Assembly (NCBI GenBank): GCA_046075855.1 | Contig: JBJTQX010000099.1 | Coordinates: 35 to 64,034, forward strand | From: Actinomycetes bacterium | Lineage (GTDB): Bacteria > Actinomycetota > Acidimicrobiia > IMCC26256 | Direction: 5' to 3' | DNA: 64,000 nt | Part shown: positions 1-10,143 of the stretch, piece by piece | Position numbering within the stretch: position 1 is the first letter of the stretch | Layout of the letters: every line of letters begins with the position of its first letter | Notes under the pieces: generated by a model | Seen by the model: the letters and a program-made list of their open reading frames with translations, nothing else | What the model was told of the DNA's origin: nothing | Databases searched by the model: none | Position numbers and translations under genes: made by a program

Positions 1-58
1 GCCCTCCCCGCGCGCGCTCCGTACGCTCTGCGGACCAGCACACCGTCCAGGGGGTCCC

Positions 59-442
59 ATGAAGAGCCTGTGGTCCGACTTCAAGAAGTTCCTCGTGCAG
101 GGCGACCTCGTCGCCGTCGCCGTCGCCTTCGTGATCGGCGCCGCGTTCAAGACCCTCGTCGACGCGTTCGTCGGCGCGATCATGATGCCGCTCGTCGGCG
201 CGATCTTCGGACAGCCCTCGTTCACCGACCTCACGTTCAAGGTCGGGGACGGCGTCGTGGCCTACGGCCTCTTCATCAACGCGGTCATCAACTTCCTCAT
301 CATCGCCGCGACGCTGTTCGTGATCGTCCAGTCCTACGAGAAGTTGCGGAACATGCGCTCGAGCGAGGAGAAGGCGGCCGACCCGACCGAGCTCGACGTG
401 CTCATCGAGATCCGCGACTCGCTCGCCCAGCGCCAGGGCTGA
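59..442 (+). CDS. mscL: Large-conductance mechanosensitive channel
   Basis: DFKKFLVQGDLVAVAVAFVIGAAF...YGLFINAVINFLIIA...LIEIRDSL match MscL TM1, TM2 and C-helix. Confidence 0.95.
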   Translation: MKSLWSDFKKFLVQGDLVAVAVAFVIGAAFKTLVDAFVGAIMMPLVGAIFGQPSFTDLTFKVGDGVVAYGLFINAVINFLIIAATLFVIVQSYEKLRNMRSSEEKAADPTELDVLIEIRDSLAQRQG

Positions 443-449
443 GCGGGGA

Positions 450-2072
450 TCAGCCGAGTTCGATCGCCCGGGCGTCGGCCACGCCCGGCTCGGCCCGCAC
501 GCGCTCGACCACCTCGACCGGGACGGCCTCGGCCAGCGAGGTCACCATGAGCGCCGCGTCCCCGTGCGGTCCGGTGCCCACGTCCATGTCGGAGATGTTG
601 AGGCCGGCCTCGCCGAGGATGGTGCCGACCCGCCCGATCATGCCGGGCACGTCGTCGTTGCGGACCACGAGCATGTGGCTCGAGGGGGGCAGGTCGACGA
701 TGTGCTCGTCGAGCCCGACGATCCGCGGCGAGGACTGCTTGCCGTAGAGCGTGCCCGCGACGTGGGTGTCGCGGCCCGCAACGGTGCCCCGGATCTCCAC
801 GAGGTTCACGTAGTCGCGGGCCGAGGTGCGCTTGGTCTCTCGCAGGGTGATGCCCCGGCGCTCCGCGATCTGCGGAGCGTTCACGAACGACACGGGCTCG
901 TCCACCACCGGGCCGAGCACGCCCTTGAGCACCCCGAGGTTCAGCACGCGGCAGTCGTAGTCGGCGATCGCCCCCTCGTAGGAGATCTCGAGGAGTTCCG
1001 GCGTTCCGCCGGCCAGGCCGGTGAAGAGCCGGCCCAGCCGCTCGACGAGTGGGAGGAACGGCTGCACGGTGGCGTTGGCCTCGTTGGCGGCGAGGTTCAC
1101 CGCGAACGGCACGAACTCCCCGCGCAGCGCGAGCACGACCATCTCGGCGATGGTGACGCCGGCCTTGTCCTGGGCCTCGACCGTGGAGGCGCCGAGGTGC
1201 GGCGCGACGACGACCTGCGGCAGGTCGAACAGCGGGGACTCGGTGGTCGGCTCCTTGGCGAACACGTCGAGCCCGGCCCCGGCCACCCGACCCGAGCGGA
1301 TCGCGTCGGCGAGCGCCTGCTCGTCGATGATGCCGCCACGAGCCGTGTTGATGATGCGGATCCCCGGCTTGACCCGGGCCAGCAGGTCGGCGCCGAAGAG
1401 CCCGACCGTCTCCGGGGTCTTCGGCAGGTGGATGCTCACGAAATCCGCGACGCCGACGAGCTCCTCGACCGTCGGGATGAGCTCCACCCCGAGCTGCCGG
1501 GCCCGTTCCGGGCTCACGAACGGGTCGTAGGCCACGAGCCGCATGCCGAAGGCGAGGCACCGCTGGGCCACCAGCACGCCGACCCGCCCGAGGCCGACCA
1601 CGCCGAGCGTCTTGCCGTGCAGTTCGACGCCGGTCCAGCGGGCCCGGTTCCACTCGCCGTGCACGAGGTCGTGGTGGGCCTGCGGGATGTTGCGGGCCTG
1701 CGCGAGCAGCAGGGCCATGGCCTGCTCGGCCGCGCTCACCACGTTCGACTGCGGGGCGTTCACGACCATCACGCCGCGCCCGGTCGCCGCAGCCACGTCG
1801 ACGTTGTCGAGGCCGATGCCCGCACGACCCACCACCACGAGGTCGGTGCCGGCCGCGAGCACCTCGGCCGTGACCTGGGTCGCGCTGCGGATGACGAGCG
1901 CCCGGGCGCCGACCACCGCGTCGAGCAGGGCCTCGGGGCTCAGGTCCAGGCGCACGTCGACCTCGAACCCGGCGGCGCGCATGGCCGCGAGGCCCGTCTC
2001 GGCGAGCTCTTCGGTGACGAGGACGCGGGGGGCCACGGCGGGGACGCTACCCGCGCCCTCCGGGGTGCTCAT
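450..2072 (-). CDS. serA: D-3-phosphoglycerate dehydrogenase
   Basis: [30 protein letters not shown]-terminal ASB/ACT domains; ATG at 2072 overlaps the upstream stop (ATGA). Confidence 0.95.
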   Translation of the reverse strand: MSTPEGAGSVPAVAPRVLVTEELAETGLAAMRAAGFEVDVRLDLSPEALLDAVVGARALVIRSATQVTAEVLAAGTDLVVVGRAGIGLDNVDVAAATGRGVMVVNAPQSNVVSAAEQAMALLLAQARNIPQAHHDLVHGEWNRARWTGVELHGKTLGVVGLGRVGVLVAQRCLAFGMRLVAYDPFVSPERARQLGVELIPTVEELVGVADFVSIHLPKTPETVGLFGADLLARVKPGIRIINTARGGIIDEQALADAIRSGRVAGAGLDVFAKEPTTESPLFDLPQVVVAPHLGASTVEAQDKAGVTIAEMVVLALRGEFVPFAVNLAANEANATVQPFLPLVERLGRLFTGLAGGTPELLEISYEGAIADYDCRVLNLGVLKGVLGPVVDEPVSFVNAPQIAERRGITLRETKRTSARDYVNLVEIRGTVAGRDTHVAGTLYGKQSSPRIVGLDEHIVDLPPSSHMLVVRNDDVPGMIGRVGTILGEAGLNISDMDVGTGPHGDAALMVTSLAEAVPVEVVERVRAEPGVADARAIELG

Positions 2073-3274
2073 GCGAGGAACGCGGCGATGCGCGCCACGC
2101 CCTCCTCGAGGTCCGCGTCGGCGAGCGCGAAGGACAGCCGGGCGTAACCCGGAGCGCCGAAGGCCTCCCCGGGCACGATCGCGACCTTGGCCTCGTCGAG
2201 CAGCACCCCGGCGAGGTCCATGGTGGAGGTGATCTCGCGACCCGCCAGCGTCCGCCCGATGACCCCCTCGAACGAGGGGAAGCAGTAGAAGGCGCCCTCG
2301 GGTTCGAGGCAGCGGACGCCCGGGATCTCCGAGAGCATCCGGTGCATGGTCCGGCCCCGCCGCTCGAAGGCCACCCGCATCTCGTGCACGGCGTCGAGCG
2401 GGCCGGCCACCGCGGCGAGCGCGGCACGTTGGGCGACGTTCGAGATGTTGGAGGTCGACTGGGACTGGAGGTTCGTGGCCGCGGCGATGACGTCGGCCGG
2501 ACCGATCATCCAACCCACGCGCCACCCGGTCATGGCGTAGGTCTTGGCCACGCCGTTCAGCACGATGCAGGTGTCGGCCAACTCGGGGACGAGCGTCGGC
2601 ATCGAGGTGAACCGGTGGTCGCCGAACACGAGGTGCTCGTAGATCTCGTCGGTGATGACCCAGATGCCGTGCTCGAGCGCCCAGCGTCCGATCGCCTCCA
2701 CCTCCTCGGGGCGGTAGACCGCACCCGTCGGGTTCGAGGGCGAGACGAACACGATCGCCTTCGTCCGCTCGGTGCGGGCGGCCTCGAGTTGCTCGACCGT
2801 GACCCGGAACCCCTGCGCGTCGGTGGTCGCGACCTCGACCGGAACCCCGCCGGCGAGCGTGATCGCCTCGGGGTAGGTGGTCCAGTACGGGGCGGGGAGG
2901 ATGACCTCATCGCCCTCGGCCACGATGGTCTGGAACGCGGTGTACACCGCGTGCTTGCCGCCCGCGGTGACGAGCACCTGCGCGGCCGGGACGCTGAAGC
3001 CCGAGTCGCGCTCGGTCTTCGCCGCGATCGCCGCGCGCAGTTCGGGCAGACCCGGCGTCGGCGAGTACCGGTGGTTGGCCGGGTTGCGGCAGGCCTCCAC
3101 CGCCGCCTCCACGATCGCCTCCGGGGTCGGGAAGTCGGGCTCCCCCGCCCCGAAGCCGATGACCGGCTCACCGGCCGCCTTGAGCGCCTTGGCCCGGGCG
3201 TCGACGGCGAGCGTCGCGGACTCGGCGATGGCGGCGATGCGGGGGGAGATCCGAGGCTTGGTCACGCCGGCCAT
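2069..3274 (-). CDS. PLP-dependent class I aminotransferase (aspartate aminotransferase-like)
   Basis: [36 protein letters not shown] (PLP Lys); start trimmed to MAGVTKP. Confidence 0.92.
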   Translation of the reverse strand: MAGVTKPRISPRIAAIAESATLAVDARAKALKAAGEPVIGFGAGEPDFPTPEAIVEAAVEACRNPANHRYSPTPGLPELRAAIAAKTERDSGFSVPAAQVLVTAGGKHAVYTAFQTIVAEGDEVILPAPYWTTYPEAITLAGGVPVEVATTDAQGFRVTVEQLEAARTERTKAIVFVSPSNPTGAVYRPEEVEAIGRWALEHGIWVITDEIYEHLVFGDHRFTSMPTLVPELADTCIVLNGVAKTYAMTGWRVGWMIGPADVIAAATNLQSQSTSNISNVAQRAALAAVAGPLDAVHEMRVAFERRGRTMHRMLSEIPGVRCLEPEGAFYCFPSFEGVIGRTLAGREITSTMDLAGVLLDEAKVAIVPGEAFGAPGYARLSFALADADLEEGVARIAAFLA

Positions 3275-3359
3275 CGTGGCACGCGACCCCGACCACCGAC
3301 GAAGCGTTTCACCACGGTGACGCGTCCGCGGGTCCAACCGCCCGTAGCCTTGTCGGGCC

Positions 3360-4673
3360 ATGGCTTCCCCGGGCCCCACTCCCCTCGGCCGCGCCGCGCG
3401 CGGCGTGCTCACGGCGCTCGTCGCCGTGGCCGCGAGCGCCACCCCAACCGCGGCCCTCCCGCCCCCGGCCGGCCCCGAACCGGCGGCGTTCATCCTCGTG
3501 GACCTCGATCGCGGCGTCGTGCTCGAGGCTCGGGACCCGCACACCCCCCGGGACCCGGCGAGCATGGTGAAGGTGCTCACCGCGCTCACGGCCGTGGAGC
3601 ACCTGCGTCCCGGCACGCCGATCCCCGTGAGTTCCCGCGCCGCCGCCGAGCCGCCCATGCGCATCGGCATGCCGGCCGGTGAGGCCTGGCCCCGGGAGCA
3701 GATGCTCGACGCCCTCCTCATGGTCTCGGCCAACGATGCCGCGTGGGCCCTGGCCGAGTGCTCCGGAGGCAGCGTGGCCGGGTTCGCCGCGCAGGGCGGC
3801 GCGCTCATGCGGCGCCTCGGGGCGACCGACGGTCGGTTCGCCGACCCTGCGGGCCTCAGCGACCGGAGTGCGTTCGGCGGGGGCAGCGCGCTCAGCCCGT
3901 GGGACCTCGCCGTCCTCGGGCGCAACGCGCTCGCGGTGCCAGCGCTCGCCGGTCCCGTCGGGACCGTCGAGCGGCGGTTCACCGACGTGGCCGGACGGCC
4001 CCACCGGTTCGTGAACCACAACGCGACGGTGCTGCGGGGTTACGTCGGCGCGAACGGGCTCAAGACCGGGTTCACCGACAACGCCGGACGCACCCTCGTC
4101 GCGTCGGCGCGCCGCGACGGCCGCTCCATGCTCGCCGTCGTGTTCGGCACCTGGGACACCGCGGGCTGGGCCGGCGCGCTGCTCGACCGGGGCTTCGCCA
4201 GCCGCGCCGATTCGCCCGGCCTCGCCGAGCTCCCGCCCGTGCGCGTCCGACCCGCCCGCGCCGACGGACCCGCGACCTGCGGAGCCCCGGTGGGCCGAGG
4301 CGATACGGCCGACGCATCGGCGGCCCCCGGCGGCGCGTCCCGCGGCGATGCGGCGGGGCGCACCGGGACCCCGGGGTCCCCACGCGACGCCCGGCCGTTC
4401 TCGGCGAGGATCCCCTGGGCTGCGGTCGCGCTCGGCGTGGGCGCGGCCCTCGCCCTGCTCATGGTGCTCGTGCTCGCCCGGCGGGCGGTGGTGATCCGCC
4501 GTCGTCGTCGCCGCGCCGCTCGACGACGGGCCGTGGCCCGGGCGCACCGCCGTGGCACGATCCACGTGGTCGACGCAGTGCCGCCCCGTCCCAACGCGGA
4601 CCACCGCCGCACGAGCCGGGCGACGCGCACCGGCCCGGGCGTCACCGCCCGCAGCACCCGCGGCGACCGCTAG
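3360..4673 (+). CDS. D-alanyl-D-alanine carboxypeptidase (peptidase S11) with C-terminal TM anchor
   Basis: Signal peptide; SMVK (SxxK), SAN (SxN), KTG motifs; TM followed by poly-Arg. Confidence 0.9.
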   Translation: MASPGPTPLGRAARGVLTALVAVAASATPTAALPPPAGPEPAAFILVDLDRGVVLEARDPHTPRDPASMVKVLTALTAVEHLRPGTPIPVSSRAAAEPPMRIGMPAGEAWPREQMLDALLMVSANDAAWALAECSGGSVAGFAAQGGALMRRLGATDGRFADPAGLSDRSAFGGGSALSPWDLAVLGRNALAVPALAGPVGTVERRFTDVAGRPHRFVNHNATVLRGYVGANGLKTGFTDNAGRTLVASARRDGRSMLAVVFGTWDTAGWAGALLDRGFASRADSPGLAELPPVRVRPARADGPATCGAPVGRGDTADASAAPGGASRGDAAGRTGTPGSPRDARPFSARIPWAAVALGVGAALALLMVLVLARRAVVIRRRRRRAARRRAVARAHRRGTIHVVDAVPPRPNADHRRTSRATRTGPGVTARSTRGDR

Positions 4674-4685
4674 GCCACCTCCGGG

Positions 4686-5861
4686 TCAGGCGCCCGTCGG
4701 GTCCCAGCCCCGCAGGTCGGCGAGCCGCGGGTCGTTCGAGAACACCTCGACGATCGGCTGGTCGAGCCGGAGCCGGCGCATCACGACACGGACCTCGTTC
4801 TCCTGGTTGTAGAGCATGAGCGTCACCGCGACGCCCTGCTCGCCGGCCCGGGCCGTCCGCCCGGATCGGTGCAGGTAGTCCTTGTGGTCGTGCGACGGGT
4901 CGTAGTGGATCACCACGTCGCCCCAGTCGACGTGGATGCCCCGGGCCGCCACGTCGGTGGCCACGAGCACGTGGAGCCGACCGGCCGCGAAGTCGGCCAG
5001 CGCCTGCTCGCGGGCGGCCTGCCGGAGGTCCCCGTGGATCGCGCCGGCCCGAACCCCCTCGCGCAGGAGCTGCTCGACGAGCTTGTCCGCACCGCGCTTG
5101 GTGCTGCGGAAGATCATCGTGCGATCGACCCCCCGAGCGATCGCCGCGGCGACCTTCACCTTGTCGAGCTGGTGCACGTGGAGGAAGTGGTGGCGCATCT
5201 GCTCCACGGTCGGCTCGTCCGAGGCGACCTCGTGGAACACCGGATCCACCATGTACTTCTGCACGAGCCGATCGACCGCGCCGTCGAGCGTCGCGGAGAA
5301 CAGCATCGTCTGGTGGGGTCCGGTCGTGCGGTACAGGATCTTCTGGACCTGCGGCATGAAGCCCATGTCGGCCATGCGGTCGGCCTCGTCGAGCACCATG
5401 ATCTCGATCGAGCCGAGTTCCATCTCGCCCCGCTCGAGCAGATCGATGAGGCGACCCGGGGTGCCGACGATGATCTCGACCCCCTTGCGGAGCGCGTCGA
5501 TCTGGGGGTCCATCGACACCCCGCCGTACATGGCCTTCACCCGGACGCCCGTCGCCTTGCCGAGCGGACCGAGCGCGTCCTTCACCTGCACCGCGAGCTC
5601 GCGGGTCGGGACGAGCACCATGCCCGTGGGTCGCTTGGGCTGGGCGGTGGACACGCGCTGGAGCATCGGGATGCCGAAGGCGAGGGTCTTGCCCGAACCG
5701 GTCTTGGCCTTGCCGCACACATCGCGGCCGGCGATGCCGTCACCGATCGTGAGGTTCTGGATCGCGAAGGGGGCCGAGATGCCCTGCTCGGCGAGGGCCG
5801 AGATGATCCCGGGGTCCACGCCGAGGGCCTCGAACGTGGTGGTCTCGATGGTCTCCGTCAC
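4686..5861 (-). CDS. DEAD-box RNA helicase
   Basis: KTGSGKT, PTRELA, TPGR, DEAD, SAT, HRSGRTAR. Confidence 0.95.
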   Translation of the reverse strand: MTETIETTTFEALGVDPGIISALAEQGISAPFAIQNLTIGDGIAGRDVCGKAKTGSGKTLAFGIPMLQRVSTAQPKRPTGMVLVPTRELAVQVKDALGPLGKATGVRVKAMYGGVSMDPQIDALRKGVEIIVGTPGRLIDLLERGEMELGSIEIMVLDEADRMADMGFMPQVQKILYRTTGPHQTMLFSATLDGAVDRLVQKYMVDPVFHEVASDEPTVEQMRHHFLHVHQLDKVKVAAAIARGVDRTMIFRSTKRGADKLVEQLLREGVRAGAIHGDLRQAAREQALADFAAGRLHVLVATDVAARGIHVDWGDVVIHYDPSHDHKDYLHRSGRTARAGEQGVAVTLMLYNQENEVRVVMRRLRLDQPIVEVFSNDPRLADLRGWDPTGA

Positions 5862-5988
5862 TGGTGCTCGCTTCCGGTTCGGGCGTACGCCACGGTGGGT
5901 CGCACTCCCTGCCGGCGCGGCGCACCGCCGCCCTCGACGCGAGGTTGACCCGCGGAGCCGGGGTGCTCCGCGCCACGCAGAGTAGCCG

Positions 5989-6008
5989 CCGGGTCCCGCT
6001 GGACCCGG
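5989..6008. terminator. GC-rich hairpin downstream of SDR (possible terminator)
   Basis: CCGGGTCC-cgct-GGACCCGG inverted repeat. Confidence 0.4.
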
Positions 6009-6025
6009 TCACCGCCCGCCGGCTC

Positions 6026-6829
6026 CTACCAGGGCATGGCAGCGCCGCCGTTCGGGCGCAGGATCTGGCCGGTCATGAACGAGGCTGCCGCCGAGCAGAG
6101 GAAAAGGATCGAGTCGGCGACGTCCGGGGCCTCCCCGACCCGGCGCAGCGGGGCCATCGAACCGAACCGCTGCTTGTACTTCTCCACCCGCTCGGGCACC
6201 TCGTTGCCCTCCTCGTCCACGTAGTTGTGCCGAGAGAAGTTCGTGTGGATGACCCCGGGCGCGATGGCGTTCACCCGGATGCCGGCCGGACCGACCTCGG
6301 TGGCGAGGGTCTTGGTGAGCATGGCCACCGCGGCCTTCGTCATCGCGTAGCAGGCCAACGTGGGCGCCGGGGTGTCGATCGCGCCGGACGAGATGTTGAT
6401 GATCGAGCCCGACCCCTGCGGGACCATGTGGCGGATCGCCGCCTGGCACCCGTAGAAGACGCTCTTCATGTTGATGGCGAGGATGCGCTCGAACTCCTCG
6501 TCGCTCACCTCGGCGACCATCCGGTTGTGGGGCACGCCGGCGATGTTGCCCATGATGTCGATGCGGCCGTGCTCGGCCACCGCGTCGTCGACGAGCGCGT
6601 CGATCTGCTCGCGGGCGGTGACGTCGCAGCGCACAGCCCGAGCCCGTCCTCCGGCGGCGACGATCGCCTCGGCGGTGGCTCGGGCGTTGTCCTCGTCGAT
6701 GTCCGCGCACACCACGGTCGCACCAGCTGCGGCGAGGGTGGTCGCGGTGGCCCGCCCGATGCCGCTCCCGGCTCCAGTCAGGACCGCCACCTGCCCCGTG
6801 AGGTCGTACCCCGCCAGCACGTCAGCCAT
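6026..6829 (-). CDS. SDR family oxidoreductase
   Basis: TGAGSGIG, YAMTK, NAIAPG; start MADVLAG. Confidence 0.9.
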   Translation of the reverse strand: MADVLAGYDLTGQVAVLTGAGSGIGRATATTLAAAGATVVCADIDEDNARATAEAIVAAGGRARAVRCDVTAREQIDALVDDAVAEHGRIDIMGNIAGVPHNRMVAEVSDEEFERILAINMKSVFYGCQAAIRHMVPQGSGSIINISSGAIDTPAPTLACYAMTKAAVAMLTKTLATEVGPAGIRVNAIAPGVIHTNFSRHNYVDEEGNEVPERVEKYKQRFGSMAPLRRVGEAPDVADSILFLCSAAASFMTGQILRPNGGAAMPW

Positions 6830-6928
6830 CGCACCCACTCCTCGCACTCGTCGGAACCCGGCGAGACTAGGAGGTACGACGGCTACGGTGCCGATCGCAG
6901 GCCGGGAGGACGGCGAGCGGGAGCGGGC

Positions 6929-7654
6929 GTGGACACGCTGCGGGTCGCGAGCTTCAACACGCACTGGGGGGTGACGCTCGCCGGTCGACCGTACGACGTC
7001 GTCGGCGCGGCGGTGGCACTCGATGCCGACGTGCTCGTGCTGCAGGAGTCGTGGCGGCCGCACGGCGAGCCGGGGTACGCCGCGACCATCGCCCGGCTGC
7101 TCGACGGAACCCTGCACGAGCTCCCCATGATGTCCGACCGCAACCCGGCGCGGCCCCGGCACCTGCCGCTGCCGCCCGGCCCGGTCGGCGACTGCGGCCT
7201 CGCGGTCATCTCCCGGATCCCGGTGGTCGACCGGCACACGGTCGACCTGGGCCACGCCCGCCACGACGTGATCCCCCGCCGCTACGGGTTGGGTCTGACC
7301 CTGCGTCTGCCATCCGGCGCGACCGCGACGGTTGCGGGGACCCACGCGTCCCACCGGCTGTGGGGTTCGCTCCCCCAACTCGCGCGGCTCGACCACGCGC
7401 TGCGCACCATCGGAGGTCCCACGGTCATCGCCGGCGACTGCAACATGTGGGGTCCGCCCGTGCAGACCGTGCTGCGCACCCGGCGCCGTGCGGTGCGCGG
7501 GCGCACCTGGCCTGCGCACCGTCCGCACAGCCAGATCGACCACATCTGGATCGACCGCGAGTGGCGGGTCGTCGACGCCGCGGTCGGTCCCGACGCGGGC
7601 TCGGACCACCGGCCGGTGCGCGCCGACCTCGAGCTGCGCAGCGCGGCCCCGTAA
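6929..7654 (+). CDS. Endonuclease/exonuclease/phosphatase family protein
   Basis: LRVASFN, DVLVLQE, AGDCN, IDHI, SDH motifs. Confidence 0.85.
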   Translation: MDTLRVASFNTHWGVTLAGRPYDVVGAAVALDADVLVLQESWRPHGEPGYAATIARLLDGTLHELPMMSDRNPARPRHLPLPPGPVGDCGLAVISRIPVVDRHTVDLGHARHDVIPRRYGLGLTLRLPSGATATVAGTHASHRLWGSLPQLARLDHALRTIGGPTVIAGDCNMWGPPVQTVLRTRRRAVRGRTWPAHRPHSQIDHIWIDREWRVVDAAVGPDAGSDHRPVRADLELRSAAP

Positions 7655-7677
7655 CGTGGGCAGTCGGAGGTACCGCG

Positions 7678-8532
7678 ATGGGATCGATGGACGGGCGCAC
7701 GGTGGTCATCACCGGCGGCAACGCGGGGATCGGCAAGGAGACGGCGGTGGCGCTCGCAGGTGATGGCGCCCGTGTCATCTTCACCTCACGGGACCGTTCC
7801 CGGGGCGCGGCTGCGCTCGCCGAGATCACCGAGCGCAGCGGCGGCACGGTCGAGGTCATGCCGCTCGACCTCGCCAGCCTCGCGTCGGTCCGGACCTTCG
7901 CCGCCGCGGTGCTCGCGGCCACCGACCGGATCGACGCGCTCGTGAACAACGCGGGGCTCGTGCTCACCGACCGCCGAGTCACCGAGGACGGGTTCGAGAT
8001 GACCTTCGGCGTGAACCACCTCGGCCACTTCCTGCTCACCGACCTGCTCCGCGAGCGCCTCGTCGCCTCGGCCCCGGCCCGGGTGGTCGTCCTCGCCTCG
8101 TACGCGCACCGGTTCGCCTGGCGGGGACTGGACTTCGACGACCTCATGAGCGAGCGCCGGTACTCCGGCTTCGACGTGTACGCACGGTCCAAGCTCGCGA
8201 ACATCCTGTTCACCCGGGAACTCGCGGGCCGCCTCGCCGGCACCGGCGTCACCGCGAACTCGTTGCACCCGGGGTACGTCGCCTCCCACTTCGGCCGGGA
8301 CGGCGACGCCGGGAACCTCGACTGGGCCATGGATCTCGGGGCGAAGCTGTTCGCGATCAGCCCGGAGCGCGGTGCCCGGACCTCCGTGTACCTCGCGGGC
8401 GACCCGGCCGTCGCGACGGCCACGGGCGGCTACTACCACCGGTGCCGTCCGGCCTCGATCTCACGGCACGCCCGCGACGACGCCGCGGCGGCACGGCTCT
8501 GGTCGGCGAGCGAGCAGCTCGTGGCCCGCTAA
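7678..8532 (+). CDS. SDR oxidoreductase (retinol dehydrogenase/WWOX-like)
   Basis: TGGNAGIG, NNAG, GVNHLGHF, YARSK, HPG. Confidence 0.9.
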   Translation: MGSMDGRTVVITGGNAGIGKETAVALAGDGARVIFTSRDRSRGAAALAEITERSGGTVEVMPLDLASLASVRTFAAAVLAATDRIDALVNNAGLVLTDRRVTEDGFEMTFGVNHLGHFLLTDLLRERLVASAPARVVVLASYAHRFAWRGLDFDDLMSERRYSGFDVYARSKLANILFTRELAGRLAGTGVTANSLHPGYVASHFGRDGDAGNLDWAMDLGAKLFAISPERGARTSVYLAGDPAVATATGGYYHRCRPASISRHARDDAAAARLWSASEQLVAR

Positions 8533-10013
8533 CGCACGACGGGATCCACCCGCCGGTACACCGAGATCCCGTCGATCTGCTCGACGAACACGTACCGCCG
8601 GTCGATGATCCGCTGGAACTCGGGGAACCGGGACATCGGGTACCGCTGGGATCCCCGGATCGCCGCCGGCGTGGTGTCGAGCACGTACCGCGGGGGATTC
8701 GCAGCGAAGTCCGCGAAGAACAGGTCCCAGGCCCCGGGGGTGGCCGCCGCCGCGGTGTCGTCGCTCGGCTCGCGTCCGCCCCAGTTGCCGGTGAGGAAGC
8801 CCGTGGTGATGAACCGGGTCGCCGGTCGCTTCCCCGAGGCCCAGTAGACCTCCGGCAGTTGGCCCCACACGAGGATGCTGTCCTCGGGCCGGGCCCGGTC
8901 CTCGAGGTACGCGCTCACCGACTGGTACTCCGGCTCACCCCCGAAGGGCTGCACCCAGAAACCGAGGATGCTGAACCCGACGGCGGTCACCGCCGCGAGG
9001 GCCACCGTGCGCCGCACCGCGACCCGAGAGGCGTGGGCGAGCGAGCCCGCAGCGATGAGCGCGAGCGGCGGCAGGAGCTGCAGGTAGTAGTGGCCGAAGA
9101 AGTGGAACCCGAAGGCCACCGCGACGCCCGAGGACGCGAGCCACAGCCACAGGTCGCGTTCGCTGCGTCGCCGCTCCACATCGCGCCAGGCCGAGGGGGT
9201 CCACCAGAGCATCGGGGCCTGGCAGGCCGCGAACGCCGCGGTCATGAGGATGAACATGCCGACCACGTACAGCGACGCCGTGTCGAACCCCACGTAGGAA
9301 CCGTTGCCGAGCACCGCCCAGAAGAGGAGGTCGCCCGGACCGACGAGCAGCGCGACGACGATGAGCGGAACCGCGAACCCCACCGCGACCCGGCGCAGGC
9401 CGCGCAGACGGTCGCCGCGCAGCGCGAGGTAGAGCACCGGGAGCAGTGCCGCTGCGCCGGTCTGCTTGCAGAGGGTGGCCACCGCGATGGCCACCCCCGC
9501 GCTCGCCGGCCGGCGTCGGGCCGCGAGCACGACCCCGGCGGTCATCGGCAGCAGCATGAAGATCTCGAAGTTCGCGGCCTGCCCGTCCTGTGGTGCGAAG
9601 GCCACCGTGCTGAGGACGAAGAGCAGGCCCGCGAGCCACGCAGCCCGGGTGCCCCACCGGCGGTGCGCCTCGAGGGCCAGGAGCCAACCGGTGAGCGCGA
9701 CCGCGATGGCTGCGACCAGACGCACCGACCAGAGTCCGGTCGTGTGGAACGCGCGGAAGGTCGCGGCGTAGAGGTAGGGCACGATCGGCGGCTTGCGGTC
9801 GGCCGCGTCCTCGTAGAGGCGGCCACCGTGGTTCAGCACCTCGGCCTGGGTCGCGAGGAACGACTCATCGGAGTTGAACACCGGGACCACCCAGCCCGGC
9901 ACCCGCAGCGAGGCCGCGACCACGAGGAGCAGGAGGAACAGCAGGAACCCGGGCGCGGAGCGCCGGGACACCGGGGCATCGATCCGGGTTGTCGTGATGG
10001 TCGCCTCGACCAC
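8529..10013 (-). CDS. GT-C membrane glycosyltransferase (ArnT/PMT, family 39-like)
   Basis: NSDE after TM1, DRKPP, multiple TMs, FFGHYYLQ, soluble C-terminal domain; start uncertain. Confidence 0.75.
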   Translation of the reverse strand: MVEATITTTRIDAPVSRRSAPGFLLFLLLLVVAASLRVPGWVVPVFNSDESFLATQAEVLNHGGRLYEDAADRKPPIVPYLYAATFRAFHTTGLWSVRLVAAIAVALTGWLLALEAHRRWGTRAAWLAGLLFVLSTVAFAPQDGQAANFEIFMLLPMTAGVVLAARRRPASAGVAIAVATLCKQTGAAALLPVLYLALRGDRLRGLRRVAVGFAVPLIVVALLVGPGDLLFWAVLGNGSYVGFDTASLYVVGMFILMTAAFAACQAPMLWWTPSAWRDVERRRSERDLWLWLASSGVAVAFGFHFFGHYYLQLLPPLALIAAGSLAHASRVAVRRTVALAAVTAVGFSILGFWVQPFGGEPEYQSVSAYLEDRARPEDSILVWGQLPEVYWASGKRPATRFITTGFLTGNWGGREPSDDTAAAATPGAWDLFFADFAANPPRYVLDTTPAAIRGSQRYPMSRFPEFQRIIDRRYVFVEQIDGISVYRRVDPVVR

Positions 10014-10143
10014 GTCGCCGTCCTCCGCTGCGGGTGGGGCGCCGACATTCTGGCCCAGCGCCCGGGGTCCCGGGGTGGCGGGCGGCACGGACCGGGCGCC
10101 ACGCCTCGGAATGCCGCGGCCCCGGTGGCATGATCCGGACCGC

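Noticed and set aside
3309-3320. TCAC-N4-GTGA palindrome as a BldD box
   Set aside because: Spacer differs from the TNAC-N5-GTNA box as I recall it; short and plausible by chance
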